64,000 nucleotides of DNA from Acetomicrobium sp. UBA5826 (lineage in GTDB: Bacteria > Synergistota > Synergistia > Synergistales > Acetomicrobiaceae). The DNA is taken from positions 45,944-109,943 of the forward strand of contig NZ_DJHF01000025.1 in the NCBI RefSeq assembly GCF_002433005.1. Reading direction: 5' to 3'. The notes beneath the pieces were generated by a model, which saw only the letters and a program-made list of their open reading frames with translations, did not search any database and was not told the DNA's origin. Shown piece by piece: positions 29,810-40,080 of this stretch; position 1 is the stretch's first letter, and every line of letters begins with the position of its first letter. A program made the translations under genes and the position numbers.

Positions 29810-30085
29810 TTACCCCTCTAGAGATTCGTTTTCCACAAGTTTTACCGTAACTCGTGAGGCTGCCATATAACCTATCGCTGCCTGTCTTCCGTCGATTTCG
29901 ATCGTCACCGGTCCGCAAAAAGGCATTCCATAAAGTTTTTTTATCTTTTTGCCAGGCCTAAGGCCCAGCGCCTCAAGTCTTTTTCCACACTGGCCCGGTG
30001 GCAAAGATGCTATCTCTGCATATTTACCGTTAGGCAATAGGATAAGAGACATGCTCTCTTGATCATCACATTTTCTCGCTAACAT
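29810..30085 (-). CDS. feoA: FeoA
   Basis: RLEALGLRPG...PFCGPVTIEI..AIG; upstream of feoB. Confidence 0.85.
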   Translation of the reverse strand: MLARKCDDQESMSLILLPNGKYAEIASLPPGQCGKRLEALGLRPGKKIKKLYGMPFCGPVTIEIDGRQAAIGYMAASRVTVKLVENESLEG

Positions 30086-30156
30086 GTTATTAAAACTTCC
30101 TTTCCAAATATATTGCACACGCTGTTGACCAATAAAAGATCAAAGAACATTCGAAA

Positions 30157-30201
30157 AAAGTTAGCCTAGCCAAATTTATATCTTAAAACAAAAGTTGTCA
30201 A
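30157..30201 (-). promoter_or_regulatory. feoAB promoter with an overlapping DtxR-like operator
   Basis: Minus-strand TTGACA-17-TAAATT; imperfect palindrome AAAGTTAGCCTAGCCAAATTT (30157-30177) resembles the DtxR/IdeR box. Confidence 0.6.
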
Positions 30202-30230
30202 GCTCGATTGATACAGGCTTATCAAAGGTC

Positions 30231-31730
30231 TTAGAAGATGGGTCTTATTGTAATCTCCTTGTCTTCAGGGAATTTTATCTCGTATCTCACTTTTATGGTT
30301 CCCGTCTCTTTCTGTTTTAATCTCAATTTCCAGGTGTAAATACCCTTTTCAGTTGTCTCCGTTGGCTCCGGTTCGATACTTATATTTGAAACTTTGATAT
30401 CTTGATGGGAACTTACGGGAATTCTATCTACGATTGTAATATAACTCTCTTGGGAAAGTCCGTTTACTACAGTGATGTCATAGCCATCCAGAAGAGTGCC
30501 TTTTGTCCACTTTTCACCGGTTTTTGGTATAAGGTCTACTTTGGTTGCTCTGACCAATGGAGATTTACCGAGGGAAAACCTCAAATTTTCGCCCGCACTT
30601 GTATTGTCTATTAAGCTTGTTCCCGTAGGGGTATTGTCGATAGAAAGATGGACTTCTCCTCTGGCAAGAGATTTTTCAATTGGTTTAGTTTGTACGATAA
30701 TCCATGCTTCAGGATCTATTTGAGGTAAGCAACGTATTTCTGTTTCCGTCTTTTCGCTGTACTTTTCTAGGGGGAGTAATGCTAATTTTCCAGTACCGGC
30801 AATAGTAGAATTCACGGTATAAACTATACCCGGAAGAACTTCGGCTCTTGTTTCTGCCTTTTGCTCGAAACTGGCGGTATCTCGCGAAAGCGCTTTAAGG
30901 GTAATCGGTTCTCTGAACTCCACTACCAAAGGCGGAAGTTCGGGCATGCCGATCTCGTCCTTGGCGGTATGGGTGTAAAGAGATATTTTCCCATTCCAAG
31001 GAATTCCCGTTTTTTGATAAATTTCAGCCTTGACATCCAGCGTCAATTCTCCTCCTTTAGTGTCGTAATTAGCATAGTAAACTGGGCGCCATCGCGCTTC
31101 GTGGCTGAAGGCCTTAAGGAGGATTGCGCCCTTTCCGGTCGATGAAATCGCAACCCTGGCTGCAAAATCATCGGTAGGACGAAGGGCATTCCATTGGTCC
31201 TGTAAATATTTCAAGTTGCTTTTTTGGGCTTCCAGTTTTAGCTCCAAATCGAATATGCTTTGTTCAGTTGCGAACCTTTCTTTTTGCAATTCCGAGATTA
31301 TCTCTTTAGCCTTACGCGGATCGGAGGGAAGTGGAATGTTTTCAAACATCTTGGAAGATTGTTTGAGGGCATTTAACTGGGAAGCCGTTTCGGCCACTTT
31401 CGATTGCAATGAGTTAATTTGTTTTTTCAACTCCCCAAGTTCGGATGGGATCCAATCTCCCAGATATTCTTTGTCTATTTCCAGTTTCGTTATATTTACG
31501 CCAGAATCCGAATATATCGATATACTGTTAGGGTCTATTGTTGGAGGGAGTATAATGGTTGCTTCGCCTGAAGGCATTTCAAAGTAAAGCAGGGCTCCTT
31601 CGGGAAATATTTCTACTTTAGATGGTGATAGCATGTTAAAATCGCCTTCTGCAGCCAAAGACGAGTGTGCGCCCATCAATGCCGTTAAAACCACCGCAAA
31701 TAAGTATAGACCCAGACGTATTTTCCCCAT
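30231..31730 (-). CDS. DUF4139/DUF4140 (MuiA-like) secreted protein
   Basis: Signal peptide, coiled coil, ARWRPVY..QKTGIPW, IVDRIPVS, GIYTWKL. Confidence 0.75.
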   Translation of the reverse strand: MGKIRLGLYLFAVVLTALMGAHSSLAAEGDFNMLSPSKVEIFPEGALLYFEMPSGEATIILPPTIDPNSISIYSDSGVNITKLEIDKEYLGDWIPSELGELKKQINSLQSKVAETASQLNALKQSSKMFENIPLPSDPRKAKEIISELQKERFATEQSIFDLELKLEAQKSNLKYLQDQWNALRPTDDFAARVAISSTGKGAILLKAFSHEARWRPVYYANYDTKGGELTLDVKAEIYQKTGIPWNGKISLYTHTAKDEIGMPELPPLVVEFREPITLKALSRDTASFEQKAETRAEVLPGIVYTVNSTIAGTGKLALLPLEKYSEKTETEIRCLPQIDPEAWIIVQTKPIEKSLARGEVHLSIDNTPTGTSLIDNTSAGENLRFSLGKSPLVRATKVDLIPKTGEKWTKGTLLDGYDITVVNGLSQESYITIVDRIPVSSHQDIKVSNISIEPEPTETTEKGIYTWKLRLKQKETGTIKVRYEIKFPEDKEITIRPIF

Positions 31731-31836
31731 TTTTACATCTCCCTTGCTTTTTCTTAAAATTTCGTGTTCTTACGAGACTATATTAGAATAAAATGAAAAA
31801 ATAAGATAGCTCTAGGATCCGAGGAGGCGTTGAAAG

Positions 31837-32265
31837 ATGAGAATCAAAACCATCAGTGCAGGTGCTGTGATCTTTTATTGGGAGAATGACAGGCCTGTTT
31901 ATTTGCTTCTCAGGGCTTATAGAAATTGGGATTTTCCAAAGGGCGAGATAAAACAGGAGGAACATCCCTTGGAAACCGCTAAGCGCGAGGTTGCAGAGGA
32001 GACTGGTTTGACCGATGTGATATTTTATGACGATGTTATTGAAACGCCTCCCTATGGCAAGGGAAAGGTTGCCATGTTTTATATTGCAGAAGCCAAAACA
32101 AAGGACATATTTCTTCCAATATCTCCAGATCTGGGGCGTCCCGAACATCATGAGTGGAAATGGTTGCCCTATGATGATGCGATAGCTCTTTTGAACGAAA
32201 GACTAAAAGCGATTCTTGAATGGGCTCACCAAAAAATTTTAAAAGAGAGGATGCCCAATTCTTGA
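31837..32265 (+). CDS. Nudix hydrolase (Ap4A hydrolase-like)
   Basis: SAGAV, WDFPKGEIKQEEHPLETAKREVAEETG Nudix box. Confidence 0.9.
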   Translation: MRIKTISAGAVIFYWENDRPVYLLLRAYRNWDFPKGEIKQEEHPLETAKREVAEETGLTDVIFYDDVIETPPYGKGKVAMFYIAEAKTKDIFLPISPDLGRPEHHEWKWLPYDDAIALLNERLKAILEWAHQKILKERMPNS

Positions 32266-32316
32266 ACATCCTCTAAGGTCGCTTCAGCTGCATATATTTC
32301 TGATCCTGCAGGCCGA

Positions 32317-33747
32317 TCAGTTTCCAATTTCAGGGACTTCCTTCAAAAGCCTTTCGGCGGGTTCTTTGCTCAATAAGGCACATGCCGAAAACACGCCGAG
32401 GCAAATTGGCCATTCTAAGTATATTATGTGAGGAACAATATGAGTCGAAGGAAATAAAGTCCAGGCTACCCAAATCACTACCGATGCCAATATAGTCCAA
32501 AAACCACAATTCTTTTTGCACAGAGCCGGCGCGAAGATATTGGCTAATATTAAAAGGGTAAAGGAGGATGTCATGGCTAAAGCAGTCGTAATGGTCTTTA
32601 AAATTCCGACAGATGTCAGGGCCAGCCATAACGTGGCTGCACTGACGAGCAAGACGGCGAGCCGCGAAATAAGCAACTCTCCCCGTGGTGTTATTTTTTC
32701 AGGCATAAGCCTTTTTAGAAAATCTTCGGTGACCATGGTTGAACACCCGAGAAGCAATCCCACTGCTGTCGAGATATCCGCAGCCCACAAGGATGCAAGC
32801 AACAATCCTCCAACTGCCGGTGTTATGTGGGTAACCAGGGTGGGCAGTGCCATGGCGGCATTGTCTAGGCCAGGGAATTGAGCAGCGGCAATAATTCCAA
32901 AGAGCGCGCACAAAAAACCAGCAGGTATGGTTATTATTCCTCCTATAATAAAACCGCGGCGTGCAGTACGGCCGTTCCTGGCGGCAAAGGCTATTTGAGT
33001 TATTGCCTGGATCGAGAAGGTTTGAGTGATCATGACGACCATCCAAGCCATTATAATAGAAAGCCCCACACCGCTAATAGGATGAAACCATGGTCCGCCT
33101 GCCGGGAGTCGGGAAGTTATGGCTTCGAAACCGCCAAAATTCGAGACAGAAATAAAGATAGCTACCACTACGCCAAGATAGATTATGATTACGTTTATCA
33201 GGTTAGAGAGACCTGCTGCCCAATATCCGCCTATCAGCGTAATGCCGACAAAGACCAGGGCCGTCAAAAGAACTCCTTGCTGGAAGGTAAAAATAGACGG
33301 CAGCAGAGCGGTAAGAATTGCGCCTCCTGCAACGTACTGAAGAGAAGTGATGACCATCATTATTAATATTTGAGCTATTATGCTTATTAATCTGCTGGAG
33401 GGGCCATACATGCGCTCCATCATTTCCGGGATTGTACGAACCTCCATGCGCCTAAAAGCATCGGCGACCAGTATACCTACTATAATGCCGCCTGCTCCCC
33501 AAGCTGCATTATACCAACCGGCCGAGATGCCCTGCGTATACGCTCCTTCGGCTACCCCTACAGTAGAAGCCCCTCCTATTGCTAGCCCCGTCAACATCGT
33601 CGCAACAATGATGGTCGGGAAGTGTCTTCCGGCTAACAGGTAATTCAAAGCTCCTCCCCCGCCTCGATTGACAAGGCGTGTCGCGTACCACGAGATAACA
33701 TATAACATCGCAATATAACCAATTAATATAGATAATTGAACGCTCAA
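32317..33747 (-). CDS. sodium:solute symporter family protein
   Basis: YLLAGR, IGGASTVG, TIPEMMERMYG; multiple TM helices. Confidence 0.85.
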   Translation of the reverse strand: MSVQLSILIGYIAMLYVISWYATRLVNRGGGGALNYLLAGRHFPTIIVATMLTGLAIGGASTVGVAEGAYTQGISAGWYNAAWGAGGIIVGILVADAFRRMEVRTIPEMMERMYGPSSRLISIIAQILIMMVITSLQYVAGGAILTALLPSIFTFQQGVLLTALVFVGITLIGGYWAAGLSNLINVIIIYLGVVVAIFISVSNFGGFEAITSRLPAGGPWFHPISGVGLSIIMAWMVVMITQTFSIQAITQIAFAARNGRTARRGFIIGGIITIPAGFLCALFGIIAAAQFPGLDNAAMALPTLVTHITPAVGGLLLASLWAADISTAVGLLLGCSTMVTEDFLKRLMPEKITPRGELLISRLAVLLVSAATLWLALTSVGILKTITTALAMTSSFTLLILANIFAPALCKKNCGFWTILASVVIWVAWTLFPSTHIVPHIIYLEWPICLGVFSACALLSKEPAERLLKEVPEIGN

Positions 33748-33987
33748 TTAAATAACACCTCCATAAAAACTATGATAAAATATCGAATTGTATTGCCCGA
33801 AATTTTTCCAATAATCTTAATAAAAAGCCCGAGATGTGTCAATTGAACCATTGATATTAAAATTGCAGGAACCCACATGACAGACGCACGATTTTTGGAC
33901 GGGAGAGAAATTGATCGCAGGAGATTAGCATAATATATAACCCTGGGTTAAAATGTAGAGGGCCTCTTGAAAAAAGGAGTGGTGGAC

Positions 33988-35082
33988 TTGTTGAACTGTG
34001 GTATTGTTGGACTTCCTCTGTCGGGCAAGACGACGATTTTCAATGTCTTAACGAGCGCTAGGGCGGAAGTCAAGTCCTATGCCGGTGGGAAGACAGATCC
34101 AAATAGAGCTGTTGTCGATGTCCCTGATTGGAGATTACAGGAACTGGCATCCGTATATAAACCTAAAAAGACGGTTCCTGCCCAAATCGAATTTGTCGAT
34201 TTAGCCGGCCTTTCTAAGGATGCAAGTAAAGGAGCCGGTTTGGGTAATGCCTTTTTGACTTTCGTTGCCGATTCTGACGCATTGATTCACGTCATCAGAT
34301 GTTTCGATAATGCTGAAGTTGCCCATCCCGAGGGAAATATAGACCCCTTAAGGGATTTCGAAATAGTTGAGATGGAGTTAATATTTAGAGATCTGTCCGT
34401 TATAGAAAATCGTCTGGAAAGGCTGGCAAAAAAGAAAGTGCTGCAGAAGGAAGAAGAACAGGAAAAGGAATTGCTGGAAAAGTGTCATTCCCATCTTCTG
34501 TCTGAAAGGCCATTGAGGGAGCTGGTATTTTCCGATACAGAGCATAAAAAAGCGAGAGGTTTTTCCTTTTTGACGCTAAAGCCGGAGTTGATAGTTTTAA
34601 ACCTGGATGAAACGCAGACGTCTGACGATAAAATTCCCGATTACGATAAAATAGTCCGGTTAGCAGCGGAGAGGGGACTCTCCTTGATAAAGATTTACGG
34701 CAGGATGGAAATGGAGATGGCCGATCTTTCCCCGGAGGACCAAAAAGAATTTATGAAAGAGCTTGGCATAACGAATCCCGGAAGGGAGAGGCTAATAAGA
34801 GAGGCCTATAAAATGCTTGGGTTGATTTCCTTTTTTACAGTGGGCCATGACGAAGTTAGAGCTTGGACTATACCCCAAGGTTCTACCGCTTTGGATGCAG
34901 CAGGTGCTATCCATTCTGATTTAGCCAGGGGGTTTATAAGGGCTCAGGTAATACACTTCGACGATTTCAAGCAATTGGGATTTTCCATGGCAGCGGCCAG
35001 AGAGAAGGGCCTGCTTCGCCTGGAGGGCAAGGATTACATAGTAAAAGACGGAGATATTATAGAAATACGATTCAATATATAA
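33988..35082 (+). CDS. ychF: redox-regulated ATPase YchF
   Basis: GIVGLPLSGKTT, EFVDLAGL, EVRAWTI, IHSDLARGFIRA, LEGKDYIVKDGD. Confidence 0.95.
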   Translation: MLNCGIVGLPLSGKTTIFNVLTSARAEVKSYAGGKTDPNRAVVDVPDWRLQELASVYKPKKTVPAQIEFVDLAGLSKDASKGAGLGNAFLTFVADSDALIHVIRCFDNAEVAHPEGNIDPLRDFEIVEMELIFRDLSVIENRLERLAKKKVLQKEEEQEKELLEKCHSHLLSERPLRELVFSDTEHKKARGFSFLTLKPELIVLNLDETQTSDDKIPDYDKIVRLAAERGLSLIKIYGRMEMEMADLSPEDQKEFMKELGITNPGRERLIREAYKMLGLISFFTVGHDEVRAWTIPQGSTALDAAGAIHSDLARGFIRAQVIHFDDFKQLGFSMAAAREKGLLRLEGKDYIVKDGDIIEIRFNI

Positions 35083-35097
35083 AGCAAGGTGATAAAA

Positions 35098-35910
35098 ATG
35101 ACATATAGGGGTATTGCGATGACGATAGCTGGCAGCGATTCCGGTGGAGGAGCCGGCATAGAAGCTGATCTTGCAACTTTTTTGCATTTGAAGGTTTTTG
35201 GTACTGTTGCTTTGGCGGCAGTAACAGCTCAAAACAGTTTGGGAGTGCACAAGGTCTTCGATATACCTTGCGAGATGGTTGGCGCCCAAATAAAGGCAAT
35301 ATTGACTGATTTTTCTGTAGGCGCCGTAAAAACAGGCATGCTTTCGCGCGAGGAAACCATTTCAGAGGTAGCTGAGGGCATAAAAACTCATAGAGTGACC
35401 AAATTGGTGGTGGACCCCGTCATGGTTGCTCAAAGCGGAGATCCTTTGATGTTTGGAGGGGCCGTTAACGCCATGATCAGCGAACTCCTTCCCCTTGCCT
35501 TTATAGTGACCCCAAACATTCCTGAAGCGGAAAAACTGACAGGGATGAAAATTACCTCTCTTGACGAAATGAAGGAGGCAGCTAAAGTCATTGCCGAATT
35601 AGGCCCTAAAGGTGTGTTTGTAAAGGGAGGACATCTGGAGGGTGAAAGGGTTACCGACCTTTTTTACTATGAGGGAAAATTTCATGTCTTTGAGCATGAA
35701 AGGATACATACGAACGATCATCATGGAACAGGTTGTACATTGTCGGCGGCGATTGCGGCAGAATTGTCGGCAGGTACCGATACTTTAGAAGCGGTGAAAA
35801 GGGCCCGAGATTATACCAGGCTGGCTATTCAACATAGGTTCAAAGGTGGAAAGGGGTATGGCTGTGTGGGGCATATTTTCAAGGTAGACTGGCTTGAAAA
35901 TTCCGATTAA
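35098..35910 (+). CDS. thiD: hydroxymethylpyrimidine/phosphomethylpyrimidine kinase
   Basis: TIAGSDSGGGAGI, DPVMVA, TPNIPEAE, HGTGCTLSAA. Confidence 0.95.
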   Translation: MTYRGIAMTIAGSDSGGGAGIEADLATFLHLKVFGTVALAAVTAQNSLGVHKVFDIPCEMVGAQIKAILTDFSVGAVKTGMLSREETISEVAEGIKTHRVTKLVVDPVMVAQSGDPLMFGGAVNAMISELLPLAFIVTPNIPEAEKLTGMKITSLDEMKEAAKVIAELGPKGVFVKGGHLEGERVTDLFYYEGKFHVFEHERIHTNDHHGTGCTLSAAIAAELSAGTDTLEAVKRARDYTRLAIQHRFKGGKGYGCVGHIFKVDWLENSD

Positions 35911-35944
35911 ACAGCTTTCTTTTCGCTAGATGGGGGGTGTGTAG

Positions 35945-36760
35945 ATGGACAATCCGGAATTGGAAGCTCGCTTTGCCGATGTATTTAACAATTTGCTGCA
36001 GCATAAACCATTAATATATCACATGACCAACATGGTAGCTATTAATGGGCAGGCTCATTTGGCTTTGGCTATTGGTGCCTCTCCCGTCATGTCGCTTTAT
36101 CCCGGAGAAGCTGCTGAATTGGTCGCCGTATCTGATTCATTGTTGGTTAACATAGGCACCCCTACGAGAGAGGGAATCGAAGCCATGTTCGTTGCGGTGA
36201 GAGAGGCTAAAGAATTGGGAAGACCTGCTCTCATTGATCCGGTTGGCTATGGAGCGACTAATATGAGAACGGATCTTGTAGAAAGGTTACTCGATACTAA
36301 GGCTTTTGGTGTAATAAAGGGCAACGGTGCTGAGATCTCATTGCTTGGCGGTGAAGGCGCTCAAGTGCGAGGAGTTGATTCTGCAGATTCTCCACGAGCT
36401 GCACTGGCTGCCAAAACAGTCTCACGCAAATATAACTGCATTGCCGTCGCCACAGGTCCGATAGATTATGTCTCTGACGGAAGAGACATCTTTGCCTTAG
36501 AGAGCGGTCACGAATGGCTTTCCCTCATTTCCGGATCAGGATGTTATGTGGGCACTATTATAGCAGCTTGCATGGCTGTAACTGAACCTTTGGTTGCAGC
36601 TTTGGCGTCTCTGGCATTGATGGGTTTTGTTGCAGAAGTGGCGGTTAAAAAATCCTACGGTCCCGGGAGTTTTCATTGCAACCTATTTGATGCCCTTTTT
36701 ACTTACGTAAGAAACCCCTCGTCCATCGTGTTTCCAAAGTGGCAAAAATTAGATTTATAG
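35945..36760 (+). CDS. thiM: hydroxyethylthiazole kinase
   Basis: LAIGASPVM, VNIGT, DPVG, KGNGAEI, SGSGC. Confidence 0.9.
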   Translation: MDNPELEARFADVFNNLLQHKPLIYHMTNMVAINGQAHLALAIGASPVMSLYPGEAAELVAVSDSLLVNIGTPTREGIEAMFVAVREAKELGRPALIDPVGYGATNMRTDLVERLLDTKAFGVIKGNGAEISLLGGEGAQVRGVDSADSPRAALAAKTVSRKYNCIAVATGPIDYVSDGRDIFALESGHEWLSLISGSGCYVGTIIAACMAVTEPLVAALASLALMGFVAEVAVKKSYGPGSFHCNLFDALFTYVRNPSSIVFPKWQKLDL

Positions 36761-36772
36761 TACTGTAAGAAG

Positions 36773-37405
36773 GTGAAGTTATTGGATTTGAAGCATAGAT
36801 TAAAGCTTTACGTTATATTGGATAGGAGATTGGGAAGAGGAGTGCCTTTGTGTGATCAGGCAAGATTGGCTATACAAGGGGGCGCTACAGCCATTCAACT
36901 TCGCGATAAAAGGATGCAGGGGCGAGATTTTTATCGGGCTGCTTTATCGATAAAAGAAATATGCAAAGAAAAGGACGTTCTTTTCATAGTAAACGATAGG
37001 TTAGATGTGGCGTTGACCGCCGGTGCCGATGGCGTCCATCTTGGACAGGAAGATTTGCCTCTAGAGGCGGCGGAAAAAATAGCTCCAGAAGGTTTTATTA
37101 TAGGCATATCCGTTAGAACTCCAGATCAGGCAATCGAAGCAGAAAGGAAAGGCGCTGATTATCTTGGAGTAGGAGATGTCTTCGGAACGTCCAGCAAGCC
37201 TGATGCGAAGACGATAGGCATCGAAGGGCTGAAAGAGGTTTGCGTGAACACAAAATTGCCCTGCGTGGCAATTGGGGGGATAGGGGTACATAACGTAAAG
37301 CAGGCTTTGCAAGCCGGAGCAGTGGGCGTTGCTGTAATATCTGCTGTAATATCGCAAAAGGACATAGCTGGCGCTGCAAAGACTTTGAGGTCTTTAGTTT
37401 CTTAA
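36773..37405 (+). CDS. thiE: thiamine-phosphate synthase
   Basis: QLRDK, VNDRLDVA, GVHLGQEDL, VAIGGI. Confidence 0.95.
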   Translation: MKLLDLKHRLKLYVILDRRLGRGVPLCDQARLAIQGGATAIQLRDKRMQGRDFYRAALSIKEICKEKDVLFIVNDRLDVALTAGADGVHLGQEDLPLEAAEKIAPEGFIIGISVRTPDQAIEAERKGADYLGVGDVFGTSSKPDAKTIGIEGLKEVCVNTKLPCVAIGGIGVHNVKQALQAGAVGVAVISAVISQKDIAGAAKTLRSLVS

Positions 37406-37423
37406 TTTAACGGTATACTTCGT

Positions 37424-38653
37424 ATGTGGAAACAAATTTTTTGGATTTTATGGATCGGAGCCGTAACGTGGGAGGTTTTTCTTCATTCACTGGAGTGGCG
37501 ACATCTGATTAAAATGAAGTTAGATCCCAATACGGTTTTTGATAGCTACGTCCAAGAGTCCACAGTTAACGACAAAAACGTTGACTACGCCATTGAACAC
37601 TTGAGAATCTCTTTGGGAGAAACGCTCACCAATTACTTAATAAGCGCTATTATCGTCGCCTATGACCTTCCAAAGCTTGTCGATGGTTTAACCGCTCAAA
37701 TTAGTTCGCCTATTTTCAGGGCTGGAGCATTCGGCATTGCTTTTGGGCTTCTTTTTTGGGTATCTTCTTTCCCATGGGAGTGGGCTAAAGTATTCTATGT
37801 CGAAAGTAAGTATAAATTTAATAAAACTACTAAAAGCATATTCATCAGAGACCAAGCCATAGTATCAAGTTTTATTGTTTTGCTGTCTTTTTTGGGATTT
37901 GCCTGCTTTGCCGCTATATTTGAAAGTCGGATATGGCCACTCTATCTGATGTTTGCCTTTGCTTTGTTCGAAATCGTTGCCATGATACTTGTCCCCTTGG
38001 TGGTCATCCCGCTTTTCTTTGAACTTAACCCTCTTGCCGATGAGGAACTTATAGTTAAAATTGATCAATTGTTGGGTAAATTGGGCATCAATAAAATAAA
38101 AGTTTTTGTCGCCAATGCATCCAAGAGGACGTTGCATAGCAATGCCTTCGTAACTGGTCTTGGAAGCAATAAAAAGATAGTGCTCTTCGATACCCTTGTT
38201 TCGAGCCTCACCGCGGATGAAGTTATTGCTGTTTTGTTGCATGAACTGGGGCATTGGAAACTTTCACACGCCCTGAAGCGCATAGGCTTGATTTTAGCGA
38301 TTCAAGCGGTCTTAGTATACTTCGCCTTTGTCATGTCCAATGTCGGCTTCATGTACGATTTTCAAATTCAAAATCCTCAACAGTTCGCCATTTATGCCTT
38401 TCTTCTGTTAAATATGGCAGTTACCCTGTTCTTTCAACCCTGCCTGCTGAACTTTATAAGGCGACAAGAAATAAAGGCCGACTTATTTGCTGCCCGGCAT
38501 GCAGGCAGCAGCCTAATGATAAACGCCCTTTCAAAAATATCGACCGATAACATGGCCTGGTTGCCTCGGCATTTTTTATATAAAGCGTGGTACTGCACAC
38601 ATCCGCCCATTCCGGAGAGGCTAAAGTTTTTAAAGGCTTATTGTAATGTATAA
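37424..38653 (+). CDS. M48 (Ste24-like) membrane metallopeptidase
   Basis: SNAFVTGLG, LFDTL, HELGH, EIKADLFA, THPPIPER. Confidence 0.9.
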   Translation: MWKQIFWILWIGAVTWEVFLHSLEWRHLIKMKLDPNTVFDSYVQESTVNDKNVDYAIEHLRISLGETLTNYLISAIIVAYDLPKLVDGLTAQISSPIFRAGAFGIAFGLLFWVSSFPWEWAKVFYVESKYKFNKTTKSIFIRDQAIVSSFIVLLSFLGFACFAAIFESRIWPLYLMFAFALFEIVAMILVPLVVIPLFFELNPLADEELIVKIDQLLGKLGINKIKVFVANASKRTLHSNAFVTGLGSNKKIVLFDTLVSSLTADEVIAVLLHELGHWKLSHALKRIGLILAIQAVLVYFAFVMSNVGFMYDFQIQNPQQFAIYAFLLLNMAVTLFFQPCLLNFIRRQEIKADLFAARHAGSSLMINALSKISTDNMAWLPRHFLYKAWYCTHPPIPERLKFLKAYCNV

Positions 38654-38705
38654 ATTAGGATTTTAATTTTAAATCCCCTAAATCGGAATTAGTTTAAAAT
38701 CATTG

Positions 38706-38741
38706 CTCATTGAAGGTATGGATTCCCCATACCTCCAATGA
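38706..38741. terminator. terminator hairpin between convergent genes
   Basis: CTCATTGAAGGTATGG / CCATACCTCCAATGAG stem. Confidence 0.6.
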
Positions 38742-38745
38742 GTTT

Positions 38746-39930
38746 TTAGCTTAACCGTGAGAGTGTATTTAAAACACAGCCCGCCTGCAGGGCCGCTCCA
38801 ATGGGAAGGCATTCCTCGTCAATGTCAAATAGATCGTTATGACCTGGGTGGGTTATTCCTCTATCTTCGTTTCTGCACCCCAGTTGATAGAATGCGCCTG
38901 GCACCCTTTCGAGAAAATATGCGAAATCTTCGACTCCCATGCTCGGTTTTTCAAGTTCCAGCACCGAGTTTTCGCCGAGAAGAGAGATGGAGGTATCAAC
39001 TACCAATTGGGCCCAGGCGGGATGATTTATTAAGGCTGGGTATCCTTTGATCCTTTCCAAAATCCCCTGTCCTCCCATGGCTTTTGGAATCAGTTCCACA
39101 TATTGCGATATTTTATCGTTTAGCATCTCGCGAGTTTTTGGCGATAGAGTTCTCAAAGTGCCGGTCAGCGTTACCTCATCCGCTACGATGTTATTTTGAC
39201 TGCCACCGTTTATTGTTCCGAAGGTCAATACGGCAGAATCTCTGGGATCCGTCGCCCTGCTAACGATTGTTTGCAAAGCACAGATTAGTTGCCCTGCTAT
39301 TACTATGGCATCAATGCCTTCATGGGGATAGGCGCCATGAGTGCTTTTGCCCAATACCCTGAGGGTCAGGACGTCTGAAGCGGCGTTCATTTGATGAAGT
39401 CTTATACCGATCTTTCCCGTCGGTATTTCCGTAGAAACGTGGAGTCCGAAGATAGCCTTGACGTCTTTATCCAGCACACCATCTTCTATCATCTGCTTGG
39501 CCCCGCCTACCGTCTCTTCGGCTGGCTGAAAGACCAAAAGGACGTTGCCCTGCAGGCGGTCCTCAACTTCTTTTAACAATTTTGCTGCTCCGAGCAATAT
39601 CGACATATGAGCATCATGACCGCAGGCATGCATAACGCCCGTATTTTGCGAGGCATACTCCACTTCTTTTTTGTCCTGGATTGGCAATGCATCCATATCA
39701 GCACGGAGGGCAATTGTATTGTCTCCCTTTCCTTTTATAAATCCTACTATTCCGTAATGATGTTCAAATATCTTAAAGGGAACTCCTAAATCCCTTAGGT
39801 AATCCTTTATCTTTTCCCTTGTTCGCCTCTCCTCTGTCGAAAGTTCAGGGTGTTGATGAAAATCTCTTCTTATTTCTTTCATCCAATCCCTAATTTCTGC
39901 TGCCCTATTCATCAAGGATAGAGTGGACAT
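38746..39930 (-). CDS. M20D-family amidohydrolase
   Basis: HQHPELS, LRADMDALP, MHACGHDAH, FQPAEE, EDF. Confidence 0.9.
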   Translation of the reverse strand: MSTLSLMNRAAEIRDWMKEIRRDFHQHPELSTEERRTREKIKDYLRDLGVPFKIFEHHYGIVGFIKGKGDNTIALRADMDALPIQDKKEVEYASQNTGVMHACGHDAHMSILLGAAKLLKEVEDRLQGNVLLVFQPAEETVGGAKQMIEDGVLDKDVKAIFGLHVSTEIPTGKIGIRLHQMNAASDVLTLRVLGKSTHGAYPHEGIDAIVIAGQLICALQTIVSRATDPRDSAVLTFGTINGGSQNNIVADEVTLTGTLRTLSPKTREMLNDKISQYVELIPKAMGGQGILERIKGYPALINHPAWAQLVVDTSISLLGENSVLELEKPSMGVEDFAYFLERVPGAFYQLGCRNEDRGITHPGHNDLFDIDEECLPIGAALQAGCVLNTLSRLS

Positions 39931-40080
39931 GATTTAAACGCTCCTTTTTTGTTGAACTTTGTGGTTGTTCAGATAGAATATAATGAACCCTTTGATTAAA
40001 CGTCAATGATGACTATCATTGTTTTTTGTGACCGGAAAGTTTATATAGCAGGCCAGTTTTTTTGCGGAGGGAGAAAGCAT

